NCBI GenBank assembly: GCA_963807955.1
Contig: CAWEDQ010000003.1
Span: forward strand, 32,578 to 96,577
Reading direction: 5' to 3'
DNA: 64,000 nucleotides
Origin: Terriglobia bacterium
Lineage (GTDB): Bacteria > Acidobacteriota > Terriglobia > Terriglobales > Acidobacteriaceae
Shown: positions 16,467 through 27,259 of the stretch, piece after piece
Layout of the letters: each line of letters begins with the position of its first letter
Position numbering within the stretch: position 1 is the first letter of the stretch
Position numbers and translations under genes: made by a program
Notes under the pieces: model-generated
The model's input: the letters and a program-made list of their open reading frames with translations, nothing else
Told to the model about the DNA's origin: nothing
The model's database searches: none

Positions 16467-18071
16467 TCAGCCGGCTTTCTTCACCCGCAGATCTTTCCCT
16501 GTCATCTCGGCAGGTTGGCTGAAGCCCAGCATGCCCAGCACCGTGGGCGAGATATCCTGCAAGGATCCATCTGGACGCAGCGAGAATTTCTGCGCATCTT
16601 CACCTACTACGATGAACGGAACTGGATTTGTCGTATGCGCCGTGTGCGGGCCGCCGGTGGCAGGGTCAATCATCATCTCGGCATTACCATGGTCGGCAGT
16701 GATGAGCATGGAGCCACCCACCCGCTTCAACGCTGCATAAATCTCGCCCAGGCAGGCATCCACGGTCTCAACAGCTGTTACGGTGGGCGGAATCTTGCCG
16801 GAGTGTCCCACCATGTCAGCGTTGGCAAAGTTCACGATCACCACGTTGAAAGCCGAGTCGCTGGCAGCTTTGACCACGGCTTCCGCGATTCCCGCTGCAG
16901 ACATTTCCGGCTTCAAATCATACGTCGCCACTTTCTGTGACGGTACCAGCACGCGGTCTTCTCCCGGGAACGGCTTTTCTATGCCGCCATTGAAGAAGTA
17001 CGTAACATGGGCATATTTCTCAGTCTCGGCCACACGCAGATTACGCAACTGGTGGTCCGCCATCACGTTGGCCAGAATGTTCTTGAGCGAATCCGGCTGT
17101 ACGACAAACGGCAGGGTGAACTGCTTGTCATATTGGGTCATGCAGATGTACTTCAGATTTTTGGGGACTCGACTGCGCGGGATGGTTGCGTCCAGCGCCT
17201 CGGCATCAGGTAGGCCGCGGCCTCCGTCGGCGGTTAATCCGCTTTCCCGGGCCAGACAACGCGTGATCTGGCGGGCACGGTCAGCCCGGAAATTAAAGTT
17301 GATCACCGAATCATCGTCGCGGATTACGGCGTTGGGCTGTCCCTGATTGTTGACGCACGTAAACGGGATGATGAACTCATCTGTAACGTCGCGATTGTAT
17401 GATCCCTTGATTCCCTGCACCGGATCAACAAACTCGCCACCTTCGGCCTTGCCGGTGATCATCGCGTCAAAGGCCTTGAGCTCGCGGTCCCATTTTTTGT
17501 CGCGGTCCATAGCGTAATAGCGGCCACTCACGCTGGCAACTTTGCCCACGCCCAGCTCGCGCATCTTCTGCTGGAGCTGGTCCATATAAACCGCTCCGTT
17601 GGTGGGCAGCGTGTCACGCCCGTCCATGAATGCGTGGACGTATGTGCGGTCAACGCCGCTCTGCTTCGCCATACGCAGCAGCGCATAAAGATGGTTCTGG
17701 TGTGAATGGACGCCGCCGTCAGAAAGCAATCCGCACAGATGGAGCTGGCGTCCGCCGTTGCGGGCGTTTTTCATCGCCTCGCCAAGGACCGGGTTGGAGT
17801 AGATGTCACCTTTCTCGACCATGAGATCGATCTTGGTGATGTCCATGTACACCACGCGCCCGGCGCCAATGTTGAGGTGGCCGACTTCACTATTTCCCAT
17901 CTGTCCGTCGGGCAGGCCGACGGCGAGCCCGCTGGTGCGTATGAGCGTGTTGGGAAATTCTTTGAGCAGACGATCATACGTCGGCTTGTGGGCAAGTGAG
18001 ATGGCGTTGGCAGGCGAGGGTGGAGCATAGCCCCAACCGTCCAGGATAATCAGAACCAGAGGCTTATTCAT
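16467..18071 (-). CDS. gpmI: 2,3-bisphosphoglycerate-independent phosphoglycerate mutase
   Basis: 534 aa. [22 protein letters not shown] and ADHGNAE motifs, with a full-length iPGM resemblance. Confidence 0.95.
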   Translation of the reverse strand: MNKPLVLIILDGWGYAPPSPANAISLAHKPTYDRLLKEFPNTLIRTSGLAVGLPDGQMGNSEVGHLNIGAGRVVYMDITKIDLMVEKGDIYSNPVLGEAMKNARNGGRQLHLCGLLSDGGVHSHQNHLYALLRMAKQSGVDRTYVHAFMDGRDTLPTNGAVYMDQLQQKMRELGVGKVASVSGRYYAMDRDKKWDRELKAFDAMITGKAEGGEFVDPVQGIKGSYNRDVTDEFIIPFTCVNNQGQPNAVIRDDDSVINFNFRADRARQITRCLARESGLTADGGRGLPDAEALDATIPRSRVPKNLKYICMTQYDKQFTLPFVVQPDSLKNILANVMADHQLRNLRVAETEKYAHVTYFFNGGIEKPFPGEDRVLVPSQKVATYDLKPEMSAAGIAEAVVKAASDSAFNVVIVNFANADMVGHSGKIPPTVTAVETVDACLGEIYAALKRVGGSMLITADHGNAEMMIDPATGGPHTAHTTNPVPFIVVGEDAQKFSLRPDGSLQDISPTVLGMLGFSQPAEMTGKDLRVKKAG

Positions 18072-18220
18072 GGCAGACCGATGATTGTAAATCAGTGAAA
18101 GAGCTTGGGAGTTGCAAAGAGAAAGAGACCGGGCATTTGCAAAAATAATGCCCAGGCAGGATTAATTGCTGGGGCATGTTCCAATTGCGAAAGCCATCGC
18201 GCGACTTTTGCTCCTTAAGG

Positions 18221-18282
18221 CTTGTCATCCTGAGCGCAGTCGGAGCGCATGCGACGACGCAGTCGAAGGATCTATGCATTTT
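18221..18282. repeat. REP-like element family B (62 nt)
   Basis: CTTGTCATCCTGAGCGCAGTCGGAGCGCATGCGACGACGCAGTCGAAGGATCTATGCATTTT matches 25246-25307 with 5 mismatches. Confidence 0.85.
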
Positions 18283-18355
18283 TTATCACACAACACTGAT
18301 TCCCAAAATGCATTGATCGTTCAACTACCGCGCAGGCGGTGCGCATGTCGCGCCG

Positions 18356-19360
18356 TTATGGCTTACTCGCCTGCTTCAAATTGATCAGTCCCACGGCTTC
18401 AGCGCCGTTCGGATCAACCGCGTGCGCCCACACATTGGTGAAAGCTTCTTTCAGTTCCGGATATTGTGCCACCACTGCATTGGCCAGGCCGCGTGCGTCT
18501 GCCTGCGTCCCGTTGAAGTCTGCCGTACTTGGCACCGAATACTTAATGCTGAGGTCAAAAGTGTTCCCGGTGTACAGCGGACTGATCTCAGTGATGTTGT
18601 AGGTCTTCCCGTTGGCACTGAATGCCACGGGAGTACCACCCACGGGTACGTCCTTGGGCTGGACCGAATTTGACTCCTGCGTGACCTTGGACAGCATCAC
18701 GGTGTTCATGAACGGCACCGGAGCAATCAGATTCCATGACGTGAGGTAGTAGAACCAGGCATTGTGCGCCTGCCCCTTGGTCTTGTATTCGCGGGCACGC
18801 TCCAGATACCAGAAACCATCGTGTCCCACAGCCGCGACCGAATGCACGCGGAAGCCCGCCACCTTCCATCCACTCATGTCCTGAAAGATGGTGGTGAGAA
18901 CATATGGGCCTTTACTGCCGACGATATCCTGGATGGCGATGCCATACTTCCCCACCGGCAGGTTCGGGATATCAAACTCTGCTCCGTTGGCGCCCATGCC
19001 GCGTGCGCCGAATACTCCGCAGTAGAACTGGCCATCGGCGCTGGGAGTTGGACCTGTATCCAGAAGAAAAGAGGTGCGTATCTCCGGCTTGGCGCCGGCA
19101 AGCGCCGGCTGATTATCTTTGACTGCTCCAGCAATGTCGCCGAAGTTGGACTGCAATGACGGGATGGCGTCAGCCCGGAGCGCCGCGGCATCACCGCGAC
19201 TGGCTTCATCAAACGCTTTCTGCGCGGCAGCCTCAACGGCGGAGCGCACATCGGGGGCAATCTCTTCCCGGGTCTGGCAGCTTTGTGCCCAGACCGGAAC
19301 GGTAACGCCGGCTGCCAATGTCGCGACTAACAGAAGCTTAAGGGTTAAACTTTTGAGCAT
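18356..19360 (-). CDS. hypothetical secreted protein
   Basis: 334 aa. N-terminal signal peptide MLKSLTLKLLLVATLAAGVTVPVWAQ. Normal coding composition. No family recognised. Confidence 0.7.
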   Translation of the reverse strand: MLKSLTLKLLLVATLAAGVTVPVWAQSCQTREEIAPDVRSAVEAAAQKAFDEASRGDAAALRADAIPSLQSNFGDIAGAVKDNQPALAGAKPEIRTSFLLDTGPTPSADGQFYCGVFGARGMGANGAEFDIPNLPVGKYGIAIQDIVGSKGPYVLTTIFQDMSGWKVAGFRVHSVAAVGHDGFWYLERAREYKTKGQAHNAWFYYLTSWNLIAPVPFMNTVMLSKVTQESNSVQPKDVPVGGTPVAFSANGKTYNITEISPLYTGNTFDLSIKYSVPSTADFNGTQADARGLANAVVAQYPELKEAFTNVWAHAVDPNGAEAVGLINLKQASKP

Positions 19361-19676
19361 TGGATGGTTCCTGGATTCTTCTTTGCTAATACATTATAGA
19401 AAGACAGCCGTTCTGATATGAAGACGGGCTACTCTCATCACGTCTCTATGATGCGATCCGGCAAAGTCCAGATGTATTGGCCTGGTTGTGGAGATGGCCT
19501 GTAAGTGGTACAAAATGCAAGGCTGATAGTCAGTCTGCCTGAGTGCGTCACCCAAAAGGCACGAATAGCTTCAGGTACTATTAAAATTCCAGGGCAAGTC
19601 TTGATTGCAGGCCCGTTCAAGTGTTGAGAAGAGTAAAATTCAAAAGAATCCCTACAGAATAGAGTTCGGCCATTTC

Positions 19677-20558
19677 ATGAAGCTTTCTCCACCACTGGTT
19701 CCCGTCTTGCTGATCTTTGTGTGTACATCTGCCTGGGGGCAGTCCACACCGCCGCCGCAACCACAGATGCGCACGGGCATCAACGCAGGCACACCGCAGG
19801 CGCCGGCAAATAACAGCCAGACAAAGACTTCTCAGACGAACACTTCTCAAACGAACACCAGGGGAATGCGTCCAGCAGTCAAACCGACTCCCACTCCTGT
19901 ACCGGCGACAACGCCGGTTCCAAGTCCCACGCCGATGCAGGCAATGAAGCCGTCGGATATGCCTCCGGTTCCGCCGCAGGTCACCTTCAGGAACGGTCTG
20001 CTCACGGTCAACGCCGTAAACTCAACACTATCGAGTCTTTTGACGGCGATTCGCAACAAAACCGGAATCGAGTTTGAAGGCGCTGAGCTCGCCGGCCAGG
20101 ACCGCGTGGCCATTTCCATGGGTCCGGCCTCGGAAGGTGAAGTCCTTGCCAGCATACTGAGCGGGTCGTCATTGGATTATGTAGTGATGGGCCGGCCTGA
20201 CAGCCCAACGATTGTCCAAAGAGTGCTGTTAACGCGACGCAGCAAGCCAGGCGCTGCCACGGTCGCCAACGGACAGCAAACGCCCAATCCTAACGCGCAA
20301 CAGGAAGGCGACGAAGAAGGTCAGGACGAGAGCGCTGCGGATGCAGAGCAGCAGCCGCAGGATACCGCTGCCCAGCCGCCGCCAGTGCAACAACAACAGC
20401 CCGAAGGCCAGGCCCAGCCGCAGCAGACACCCGCGGATCAGTCGGCCCAGCCCAAGACTCCGGAGCAGTTGCTGCAGGAACTGAAAGAAATGCAGCAAAA
20501 GCAATCCGGGCAGACGCCCGATCCGAACTCGGCGCCACGCAAGGTACCGCCAAGGTAG
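19677..20558 (+). CDS. hypothetical secreted protein with Pro/Gln/Thr-rich low-complexity flanks
   Basis: Start at MKLSPPLVPVLLIFVCTSAWGQ (signal peptide). SQTKTSQTNTSQTNT repeat. Short globular core, then a Q/P/E-rich tail. Confidence 0.65.
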   Translation: MKLSPPLVPVLLIFVCTSAWGQSTPPPQPQMRTGINAGTPQAPANNSQTKTSQTNTSQTNTRGMRPAVKPTPTPVPATTPVPSPTPMQAMKPSDMPPVPPQVTFRNGLLTVNAVNSTLSSLLTAIRNKTGIEFEGAELAGQDRVAISMGPASEGEVLASILSGSSLDYVVMGRPDSPTIVQRVLLTRRSKPGAATVANGQQTPNPNAQQEGDEEGQDESAADAEQQPQDTAAQPPPVQQQQPEGQAQPQQTPADQSAQPKTPEQLLQELKEMQQKQSGQTPDPNSAPRKVPPR

Positions 20559-20669
20559 AAAATTTGGTAATTGAATAAATTGGTAATTGGGTAATTTGGA
20601 ACCCCGCCCGGCTTTGCGGCCGGTGAGCGCGCAGGGCACGAATTCAAAGACAACTCAGCGACAACAGAT

Positions 20670-20846
20670 TTAATGGGGAGCTGGGATGACGATCACGGCA
20701 GTAGCCGAACCTGCATGGGATTTCCCTGACTGGTGGGAGAAAGCCCGAAGTATTGAACTAATGACTGCGTAGCCGCAAGCGATGCCGAATACGAGAGAGC
20801 AAACTATGGTGATCAGGACGGTAGAAGAAGCCAATAGGGTTCGCAT
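20670..20846 (-). CDS. possible 58-aa membrane mini-protein (below the ORF-track cutoff)
   Basis: Hand translation: MRTLLASSTVLITIVCSLVFGIACGYAVISSILRAFSHQSGKSHAGSATAVIVIPAPH. One clear hydrophobic helix. No other support. Confidence 0.25.
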   Translation of the reverse strand: MRTLLASSTVLITIVCSLVFGIACGYAVISSILRAFSHQSGKSHAGSATAVIVIPAPH

Positions 20847-21178
20847 CGTGTGTTCGGTACTCTAAATAAGATGTCAGTTCCAATTTACCGGTTGGTTTCC
20901 CCGGCAATGTGATTGTCGGCTAATTAGCTGCAAAAGTATTCATTACTGATGTTGCTGGACCGCCGATACGCCATCATGCCCCTTCGTCATTTTGTCCGCA
21001 AGTAACTGATGTCACAGGGTTAAGACCTTACCATCCCCTCAGGAATTGACCTGTGACATTCCCGCGCCATAAGATACGGAGTAGAGCTGTGCATACTCCC
21101 TCGCGGACCTTACTGTGCGTTTCCCCAATATTTCTGTCGCGGGAGTGAGGCTTTGCTCTGCCCAAGGTACCGGTCTTA

Positions 21179-23974
21179 ATGGCAATTAGCAGCATCACTG
21201 TGCGCGGCGCCCGCCAGCACAACTTAAAAAATATTTCGGTCGAGATACCGCGCAACACTCTCACGGTCATCACTGGCTTGAGCGGCTCGGGAAAATCCTC
21301 TCTGGCCTTCGACACCATTTATGCCGAAGGGCAACGCCGTTATGTCGAAACGCTGTCAGCCTACGCGCGCCAGTTTCTCGACCAGATGGAGCGACCCGAC
21401 GTTGATTCCATTGACGGGCTCAGTCCGGCAATCTCTATTGAACAAAAGACTACATCGCGCAGCCCGCGTTCGACTGTAGGAACAATCACTGAAATCTACG
21501 ATTATTTGCGCCTGCTTTATTCGTCAGTGGGTGTTCCGCATTGTCCGCAGTGCGGCAAGCCAATCAGCCGCCAGTCGGCCGAGCAGATCGTGCATCAGGT
21601 GATGTCATTGAAACCCGAAGACCGCGTGATGGTGATGGCTCCTCTCGTACGCGGGCGCAAAGGTGAGTTCAAACAGGAACTGGCTAAGCTGGCGCAACAC
21701 GGCTATGTGCGCGCACGCATTGATGGCGAACTGCGCAATCTGGACGAAGAACTGGATGAAATCCAGCTGGACAAGCGCAAAAACCACACCATTGAAGTGG
21801 TGATTGACCGTCTGCTGGTGAAGCCGGGAATTGAAAAACGGCTGGAGCAATCCGTGGCCACAGCGATGAAGCTGGGCAACGGCCTGGTACAGGTTGCGGT
21901 GATAGGCGGCGAAGAGCACCTTTATTCTTCGCGCATGGCGTGTCCGGATTGCGGTATTAACATTCCTTCGCTGGAGCCGCGTTCATTTTCGTTTAACAGT
22001 GTTTACGGCGCGTGCAAGGAGTGCAACGGCCTGGGCAGCAAATACGATTTTGATCCGGCCAAGCTCGTGGTGGACTGGTCAAAGCCGTTGCTGGATGGAG
22101 CACTTGGTCCGGGATCGGGATCAACCTATCTTCAGCGCATGCTGGACATCGTAGCTACAGCCTTCAAGATCGACCTGTCCACCCCGTTTGAAAAGCTTCC
22201 AGCCAAGACGCAGAACCTGCTGCTGTACGGTCCGGAAGAACGCGAAGCACCGCGTCTGGGTTTTCGCGGCGTGATTGGCTTCCTCAAACAGAACATGGAA
22301 GAGTCCACGTCAGAGGGCTATCGCGAATGGCTGCTGGGATACATGTCCGCCACCACGTGCCCTGCCTGCCATGGCATGCGGCTGCGCCCGGAAAGCCTGG
22401 GCGTGAAGGTGAACGGGCTTTCCATCGCCGAATTCACCGGTCTTTCCGTGGGACGGGCGGTGGAGGCGGCGGCCAGGATTCAGTTGAGCGAGCGCGAAAA
22501 AGCCGTCGCCGGCAGAGTGCTGCATGAGATTCGCGAACGCCTGCAGTTCCTGAATGCGGTTGGATTGGGATATATCTCACTCAGCCGCTCAGCGGCAACG
22601 CTATCCGGCGGCGAAGGCCAGCGCATACGGCTGGCAACGCAAATCGGATCACGGCTGCGCGGAGTTCTATACGTGCTCGACGAACCCTCCATCGGGCTGC
22701 ATCATCGCGATAACGATCGTCTGCTGCAAGCGCTGGAAGCATTGCGAGACCTGGGCAACACCGTCCTCGTGGTGGAACATGACGAAGAAACCATTCGTCG
22801 CGCCGACTACGTCATTGATCTTGGTCCGGGCGCAGGCCTGCATGGCGGCGAAGTGGTTGCTTCCGGCACGCCAGAACAGATCACCCATGAGCCAGGCTCG
22901 CTCACCGGGCAATACATCGCCGGCAGACGCAGCATCAGCACGCGCTTCGAACCCCGTCCGACGAACGGGAAGGCCATCACCATTCTGGGAGCCCGTGAGA
23001 ACAACCTTCGTGGGCTGGACATCACCTTCCCGCTCGGCGTATTAAACGTGGTCACCGGCGTTTCCGGATCAGGTAAGTCAACGCTGGTAAATGACATTCT
23101 GTACAAAGCGCTGGCCCAGAAACTGTATCGCTCACGGGAAGATCCAGGCGCGCACAAGTCAATCAGCGGCACCGAGCACATTGACAAGGTCATACGAATT
23201 GACCAGTCGCCCATTGGAAGGACGCCGCGTTCTAATCCCGCAACGTATACGGGTGTCTTCACACATATCCGCGATCTTTACGCCATGCTGCCGGAGTCAC
23301 GCGAGCGCGGATATAAAGCCGGGCGGTTCTCCTTCAATGTCTCCGGGGGCCGCTGCGAACATTGCCAGGGTGAAGGTGAACGTCGCATTGAAATGAACTT
23401 TATGCCGGACGTGTACGTGTTGTGCGAGGTCTGCGGCGGCAAGCGCTACAATCGCGAAACTCTGGCCGTCAAGTTCAAAGACCGCTCAATTGCCGACTTG
23501 CTCGAGATGTCTGTCTCTGACGCATTGCCGATTCTGGAAGACATTCCTCAGATCCGCCAGCGTTTGCAGACTCTGGAAGACGTAGGCCTGGGTTACATCA
23601 AGATCGGCCAGTCCGCCGTGACTCTCTCGGGCGGTGAAGCCCAACGCATGAAGCTGGCCAAAGAGCTCTCCAAGAGGCAAACCGGACGCACACTCTACCT
23701 GCTGGATGAGCCTACCACTGGCCTGCACTTTGAAGATGTAAGTAAGTTGCTGGAAGTGATTCATCGCCTCACCGATCTGGGAAATTCTGTGATCATTATT
23801 GAGCACAACATGGATGTAATCAGAAATGCCGATTGGCTGATCGATCTTGGTCCGGAAGGCGGCGAGGATGGAGGCAGACTTGTTGCTCAGGGAACTCCGG
23901 ACCACGTTTCGAAAATCAAGAAGTCATACACCGGGCAAGCGTTGGCTGATTACATGCGTCGGGCCCGCAAGTAA
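21179..23974 (+). CDS. uvrA: excinuclease ABC subunit A
   Basis: 931 aa. Two ABC ATPase modules ([36 protein letters not shown]) and the zinc-finger Cys clusters of UvrA. Confidence 0.97.
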   Translation: MAISSITVRGARQHNLKNISVEIPRNTLTVITGLSGSGKSSLAFDTIYAEGQRRYVETLSAYARQFLDQMERPDVDSIDGLSPAISIEQKTTSRSPRSTVGTITEIYDYLRLLYSSVGVPHCPQCGKPISRQSAEQIVHQVMSLKPEDRVMVMAPLVRGRKGEFKQELAKLAQHGYVRARIDGELRNLDEELDEIQLDKRKNHTIEVVIDRLLVKPGIEKRLEQSVATAMKLGNGLVQVAVIGGEEHLYSSRMACPDCGINIPSLEPRSFSFNSVYGACKECNGLGSKYDFDPAKLVVDWSKPLLDGALGPGSGSTYLQRMLDIVATAFKIDLSTPFEKLPAKTQNLLLYGPEEREAPRLGFRGVIGFLKQNMEESTSEGYREWLLGYMSATTCPACHGMRLRPESLGVKVNGLSIAEFTGLSVGRAVEAAARIQLSEREKAVAGRVLHEIRERLQFLNAVGLGYISLSRSAATLSGGEGQRIRLATQIGSRLRGVLYVLDEPSIGLHHRDNDRLLQALEALRDLGNTVLVVEHDEETIRRADYVIDLGPGAGLHGGEVVASGTPEQITHEPGSLTGQYIAGRRSISTRFEPRPTNGKAITILGARENNLRGLDITFPLGVLNVVTGVSGSGKSTLVNDILYKALAQKLYRSREDPGAHKSISGTEHIDKVIRIDQSPIGRTPRSNPATYTGVFTHIRDLYAMLPESRERGYKAGRFSFNVSGGRCEHCQGEGERRIEMNFMPDVYVLCEVCGGKRYNRETLAVKFKDRSIADLLEMSVSDALPILEDIPQIRQRLQTLEDVGLGYIKIGQSAVTLSGGEAQRMKLAKELSKRQTGRTLYLLDEPTTGLHFEDVSKLLEVIHRLTDLGNSVIIIEHNMDVIRNADWLIDLGPEGGEDGGRLVAQGTPDHVSKIKKSYTGQALADYMRRARK

Positions 23975-24097
23975 CTGAAAACAAAGTCGCGTGATCGAGG
24001 CGTTCTAAATTCAGAAAACTTTAAGGTAAATGTTGGACAATGCGAATTGTCCCTTACAGTTCTCTCAACCTTCTCCTTATACCTGGGCACAAATGAA

Positions 24098-24138
24098 GGG
24101 GTAGCGAACTTTGGCTTCCAACGTTTTCTCGCTACCCC
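24098..24138. other. 10-bp perfect stem-loop between uvrA and the CPBP protease gene
   Basis: GGGGTAGCGA (24098-24107) pairs with TCGCTACCCC (24129-24138), 21-nt loop, then TTT. Could be a distal uvrA terminator or a 5'-UTR structure. Confidence 0.35.
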
Positions 24139-24219
24139 TTTGACCTTCCCGAGCGAATGACCTTTCTGGACGAATTCCCACAATAGTGTAGATTTATAAA
24201 AGTTCGCCCCGGCATCGCT

Positions 24220-25068
24220 TTGGACTATCAGGACCCAATTCCGCAGAACCACACCGTTCCTCAACTCCCCTTAGAGATGGTGACACCTGCTGCGCCTCAG
24301 GAAGTCGACCTGATCGACGTAGCGCTGATTCTGTGCGTGGCGGTGGGCGCATTCTTTTTGAGCACCCTTGTCGCCATGTTGATTTACAGCGGCTTACCGG
24401 GCCGGAGGATTTCTGATCCGAAATTGCTCGTGCAAAACGTGGCATTTGTGCTGCCCGCGCAGCTGGTTGCCTATCTGATGATTGTCGGATTCATGGCTTT
24501 CATTGTCGCGGCCAGACACAACAAAACTCTGGCCGAAGCCATTCATTGGAATTTTCCATCGGGTTCTCGCTGGGTGGGCGCAGTGGCTGGCGGCGCGGTT
24601 TTGGGATTGGGATCTCAGGTGGCTTCCTCTTTTCTGGGCCGATGGATTCCCAAGACGCTGCCAATCGACCAGTACTTCCGTGACGCTGCTTCCGCCTACA
24701 TGCTGGCTGCATTCGGAATCTTCATCGCTCCCCTGGTGGAAGAGCTATTCTTTCGCGGCTTCGTTTATCCAGCGCTGGCGCGATTCTTCAACCACTTTCT
24801 CTTTCCGGCTTTTGACGTCGCTTTCGCCAGTGCTCTTTCCATCATTCTGACCGCAGCTGCTTTTTCTCTGCTGCATGAAGGCCAGTTGGCGCATGCGTGG
24901 GTGCCGCTGCTGGTGCTGTTCAGCGTGGGTGTAGTACTCACATTGGTGCGCGCACGTACCAACTCGGTGGCCATGTGCGTTCTGGTCCATATGGGCTACA
25001 ACGGCGTGCTGTTCGGAATGCTGTTCTATTTCACTGACGGATTCCGCCACCTCGAAAAAGCCGTCTAG
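24220..25068 (+). CDS. CPBP-family intramembrane glutamic endopeptidase (CAAX protease-like)
   Basis: Multi-pass membrane protein with the CPBP motifs EELFFRG, LLHEG and VHMGYN. The ORF opens with TTG at 24220; an ATG at 24277 is an alternative start. Confidence 0.85.
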   Translation: MDYQDPIPQNHTVPQLPLEMVTPAAPQEVDLIDVALILCVAVGAFFLSTLVAMLIYSGLPGRRISDPKLLVQNVAFVLPAQLVAYLMIVGFMAFIVAARHNKTLAEAIHWNFPSGSRWVGAVAGGAVLGLGSQVASSFLGRWIPKTLPIDQYFRDAASAYMLAAFGIFIAPLVEELFFRGFVYPALARFFNHFLFPAFDVAFASALSIILTAAAFSLLHEGQLAHAWVPLLVLFSVGVVLTLVRARTNSVAMCVLVHMGYNGVLFGMLFYFTDGFRHLEKAV

Positions 25069-25070
25069 TT

Positions 25071-25102
25071 ATTTTGTCGCTTCGCTCTCAACCGCTGGAA
25101 AG
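25071..25102. repeat. REP-like element family C
   Basis: ATTTTGTCGCTTCGCTCTCAACCGCTGGAAAG. A second direct copy is at 25303-25335 and inverted copies are at 35.0-35.2 kb. Confidence 0.75.
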
Positions 25103-25245
25103 TCAATATCCTGGCCACGTCGCTGAAGGCTCCTGTGGCAGCGGGCTCGGCGCGCAAGTCGGCCTCGCCCTGATGTATTCCAACATGCCCGCAATGTTTC
25201 CCGTGACCTTGAAGAGCCACGGCTGCCTATCGACAATGTTTACAT

Positions 25246-25307
25246 CTTGTCATCTTGAGCGCAGTCGGAGCGCAGGCGACGACGGAGTCGAAAGATCTAT
25301 GTATTTT
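25246..25307. repeat. REP-like element family B, second copy
   Basis: CTTGTCATCTTGAGCGCAGTCGGAGCGCAGGCGACGACGGAGTCGAAAGATCTATGTATTTT. See 18221-18282. Confidence 0.85.
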
Positions 25308-25335
25308 GTCGCTTCGCTCCAAGCCGCTGGAAAAC
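25303..25335. repeat. REP-like element family C, second copy (abuts family B)
   Basis: ATTTTGTCGCTTCGCTCCAAGCCGCTGGAAAAC. Confidence 0.75.
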
Positions 25336-25387
25336 AATTCTCTCTCGAGGCTTTTTGCCCCAGTTGCGATAAAGTAATCCTGACGCT

Positions 25388-26065
25388 ATGAACGACTCTT
25401 CCCGCGAACAGCTTCTGCAACTTCTTGCCCGGAACTCTTTCCGCCTTGGCGATTTCACTCTTTCCTCCGGTATTAAGAGCGATTACTACGTTGACTGCCG
25501 GACCACAACTCTTCACGCAAAGGGTGCTGAGCTGACAGGCCACGTCTTCTATGACCTGATCCGCGCGCAGGGTTGGAAAGCCGATGCCGTTGGCGGATTG
25601 ACCATGGGAGCCGATCCCATCGTCGTCGCTGTTTCCGTGATCAGCTCGCAGGCAGGTTCACCGATTCATGGCTTCCTGGTCCGCAAGTCAGAAAAAGCGC
25701 ACGGTATGGGCCGCAAAGTGGAAGGCTTCCAACAGAAAGGCGCCAACGTCGTAATCGTAGACGACGTGTGCACCACCGGCAGCTCAACCATTCAGGCCAT
25801 CGAGTCAGCTCGCGAGTTCGGCTTCATCATCGTTGGCGTGGCCTGTCTGGTGGAACGTGAAGAAGCCATGGGACGTCCTGACGTCGAGAAGGCGGCAGGT
25901 TCGGTTCCTTTTATTTCGGTCTTCAAATCAGGCGAGGTCAAAGCCGCGCACGTAAACTGGAAAAATAATCCCCAGACATTTGCTTATGCCGGAACATGCG
26001 AAATCTGCGGACGCCCCGCCGTAACAAACTCTCCGCGGCTGCGCTGCGAGGCGCACAAGCCCTAG
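25388..26065 (+). CDS. pyrE: orotate phosphoribosyltransferase with a short Cys-containing C-terminal tail
   Basis: FRLGDFTLSSGIKSDYYVDCR and PRPP-binding VVIVDDVCTTGSST motifs. The tail TCEICGRPAVTNSPRLRCEAHKP is extra. Confidence 0.9.
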   Translation: MNDSSREQLLQLLARNSFRLGDFTLSSGIKSDYYVDCRTTTLHAKGAELTGHVFYDLIRAQGWKADAVGGLTMGADPIVVAVSVISSQAGSPIHGFLVRKSEKAHGMGRKVEGFQQKGANVVIVDDVCTTGSSTIQAIESAREFGFIIVGVACLVEREEAMGRPDVEKAAGSVPFISVFKSGEVKAAHVNWKNNPQTFAYAGTCEICGRPAVTNSPRLRCEAHKP

Positions 26066-26114
26066 GCTGGCAGACGATCAGATTCCTATAATGGCTTCAT
26101 ATAAAATCTAAATA

Positions 26115-27167
26115 ATGATCAAAACCATTGAATGGACCAATGAGGGTGTTCGCTTCATTGACCAGAGACGCCTTCCCACCGAAGAAGTTTACGAAGTTTG
26201 CACGAGTTATGAAGAAGTAGCCGCGGCCATTCGCGACATGACGGTCCGCGGAGCGCCGGCCATTGGCGTGGCTGCTGCCATGGGCGTCGCTCTGGGAATG
26301 CAGCAAAGCACGGCTACGGACCTGGCGGGTTTGCGCCAGCATTTTGATCGCGTCGCAAAACTGATCGGTGAGACCCGTCCCACGGCGGTGAATCTTTTCT
26401 GGGGCATTCGCCGCATGAAAGCGAAGTTTGATTCTCTTTCAGGTCACTCGATCCCTCAGATAAAAGACGCTCTTGTTGCCGAAGCCCAGATCATGCTGGT
26501 GGAAGACATTGCCTCCAATCAAGCCATGGGCAAACATGGCGCTGTGTTGATGCCGAGTTCCGGTAGCGTGCTCACCCATTGCAACGCGGGCGCACTGGCA
26601 ACCTGTGGTTATGGCACGGCTCTCGGCGTGATTCGCGCGGCAGTCGCCGCCGGCAAACAGATTCATGTATTTGCCGATGAGACTCGTCCTTTTCTTCAGG
26701 GGTCACGGCTCACGGCGTGGGAGCTGATGAAGGATGGCATTCCCACCACGGTGATCGCTGACAATATGGCTGGCGCGATGATGCGTCAGGGTAGGATTCA
26801 GGCGGTAATCGTAGGCGCGGATCGTATTGCCGCCAACGGCGACGTGGCCAATAAGATCGGCACATACTCTGTTGCGGTGCTGGCCAGGGAACACGGCATT
26901 CCGTTCTATGTGGCTGCGCCGTTTTCAACCGTTGACCTGAATACTCCAGACGGCGAGCATATTCCCATTGAGCAGCGGTCGTCTCTTGAAGTTACGCACC
27001 ACGCGGGAAAACAGGTTGCGCCAACTGGAGTGATGGTGGAGAATCCCGCATTTGACGTAACACCCAGCAAGTACGTTGCGGCCATCATCACAGAACGAGG
27101 GATCGCCAAAGCACCGTTTGCCGAATCATTAAAGGACCTGGCCAGCGCGGCGGCAACAATCGCCTGA
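26115..27167 (+). CDS. mtnA: S-methyl-5-thioribose-1-phosphate isomerase
   Basis: 350 aa. [37 protein letters not shown]: the eIF-2B/MtnA family pattern. Confidence 0.92.
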   Translation: MIKTIEWTNEGVRFIDQRRLPTEEVYEVCTSYEEVAAAIRDMTVRGAPAIGVAAAMGVALGMQQSTATDLAGLRQHFDRVAKLIGETRPTAVNLFWGIRRMKAKFDSLSGHSIPQIKDALVAEAQIMLVEDIASNQAMGKHGAVLMPSSGSVLTHCNAGALATCGYGTALGVIRAAVAAGKQIHVFADETRPFLQGSRLTAWELMKDGIPTTVIADNMAGAMMRQGRIQAVIVGADRIAANGDVANKIGTYSVAVLAREHGIPFYVAAPFSTVDLNTPDGEHIPIEQRSSLEVTHHAGKQVAPTGVMVENPAFDVTPSKYVAAIITERGIAKAPFAESLKDLASAAATIA

Positions 27168-27224
27168 TGCGCAACAGGCTTATCCGCAACGTGCTGATCT
27201 GCAACATGCTGATCTGCAACATAA
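27166..27224. repeat. short tandem repeat (15-nt unit GCTGATCTGCAACAT)
   Basis: Two perfect units at 27193-27222, preceded by degenerate copies (GATGCGCAACA, TATCCGCAACGT). Starts at the mtnA stop codon. Confidence 0.7.
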
Positions 27225-27259
27225 AGCCCCTTGCTGCCAAAACCTGAAGGCGATCCGGC

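Noticed and set aside
25074-25391. 105-aa ORF between the CPBP protease gene and pyrE
   Set aside because: It is a read-through of REP-like families B and C (...CHLERSRSAGDDGVERS...). The same peptide-like strings appear wherever the repeat occurs, so it is a DNA repeat, not a gene.
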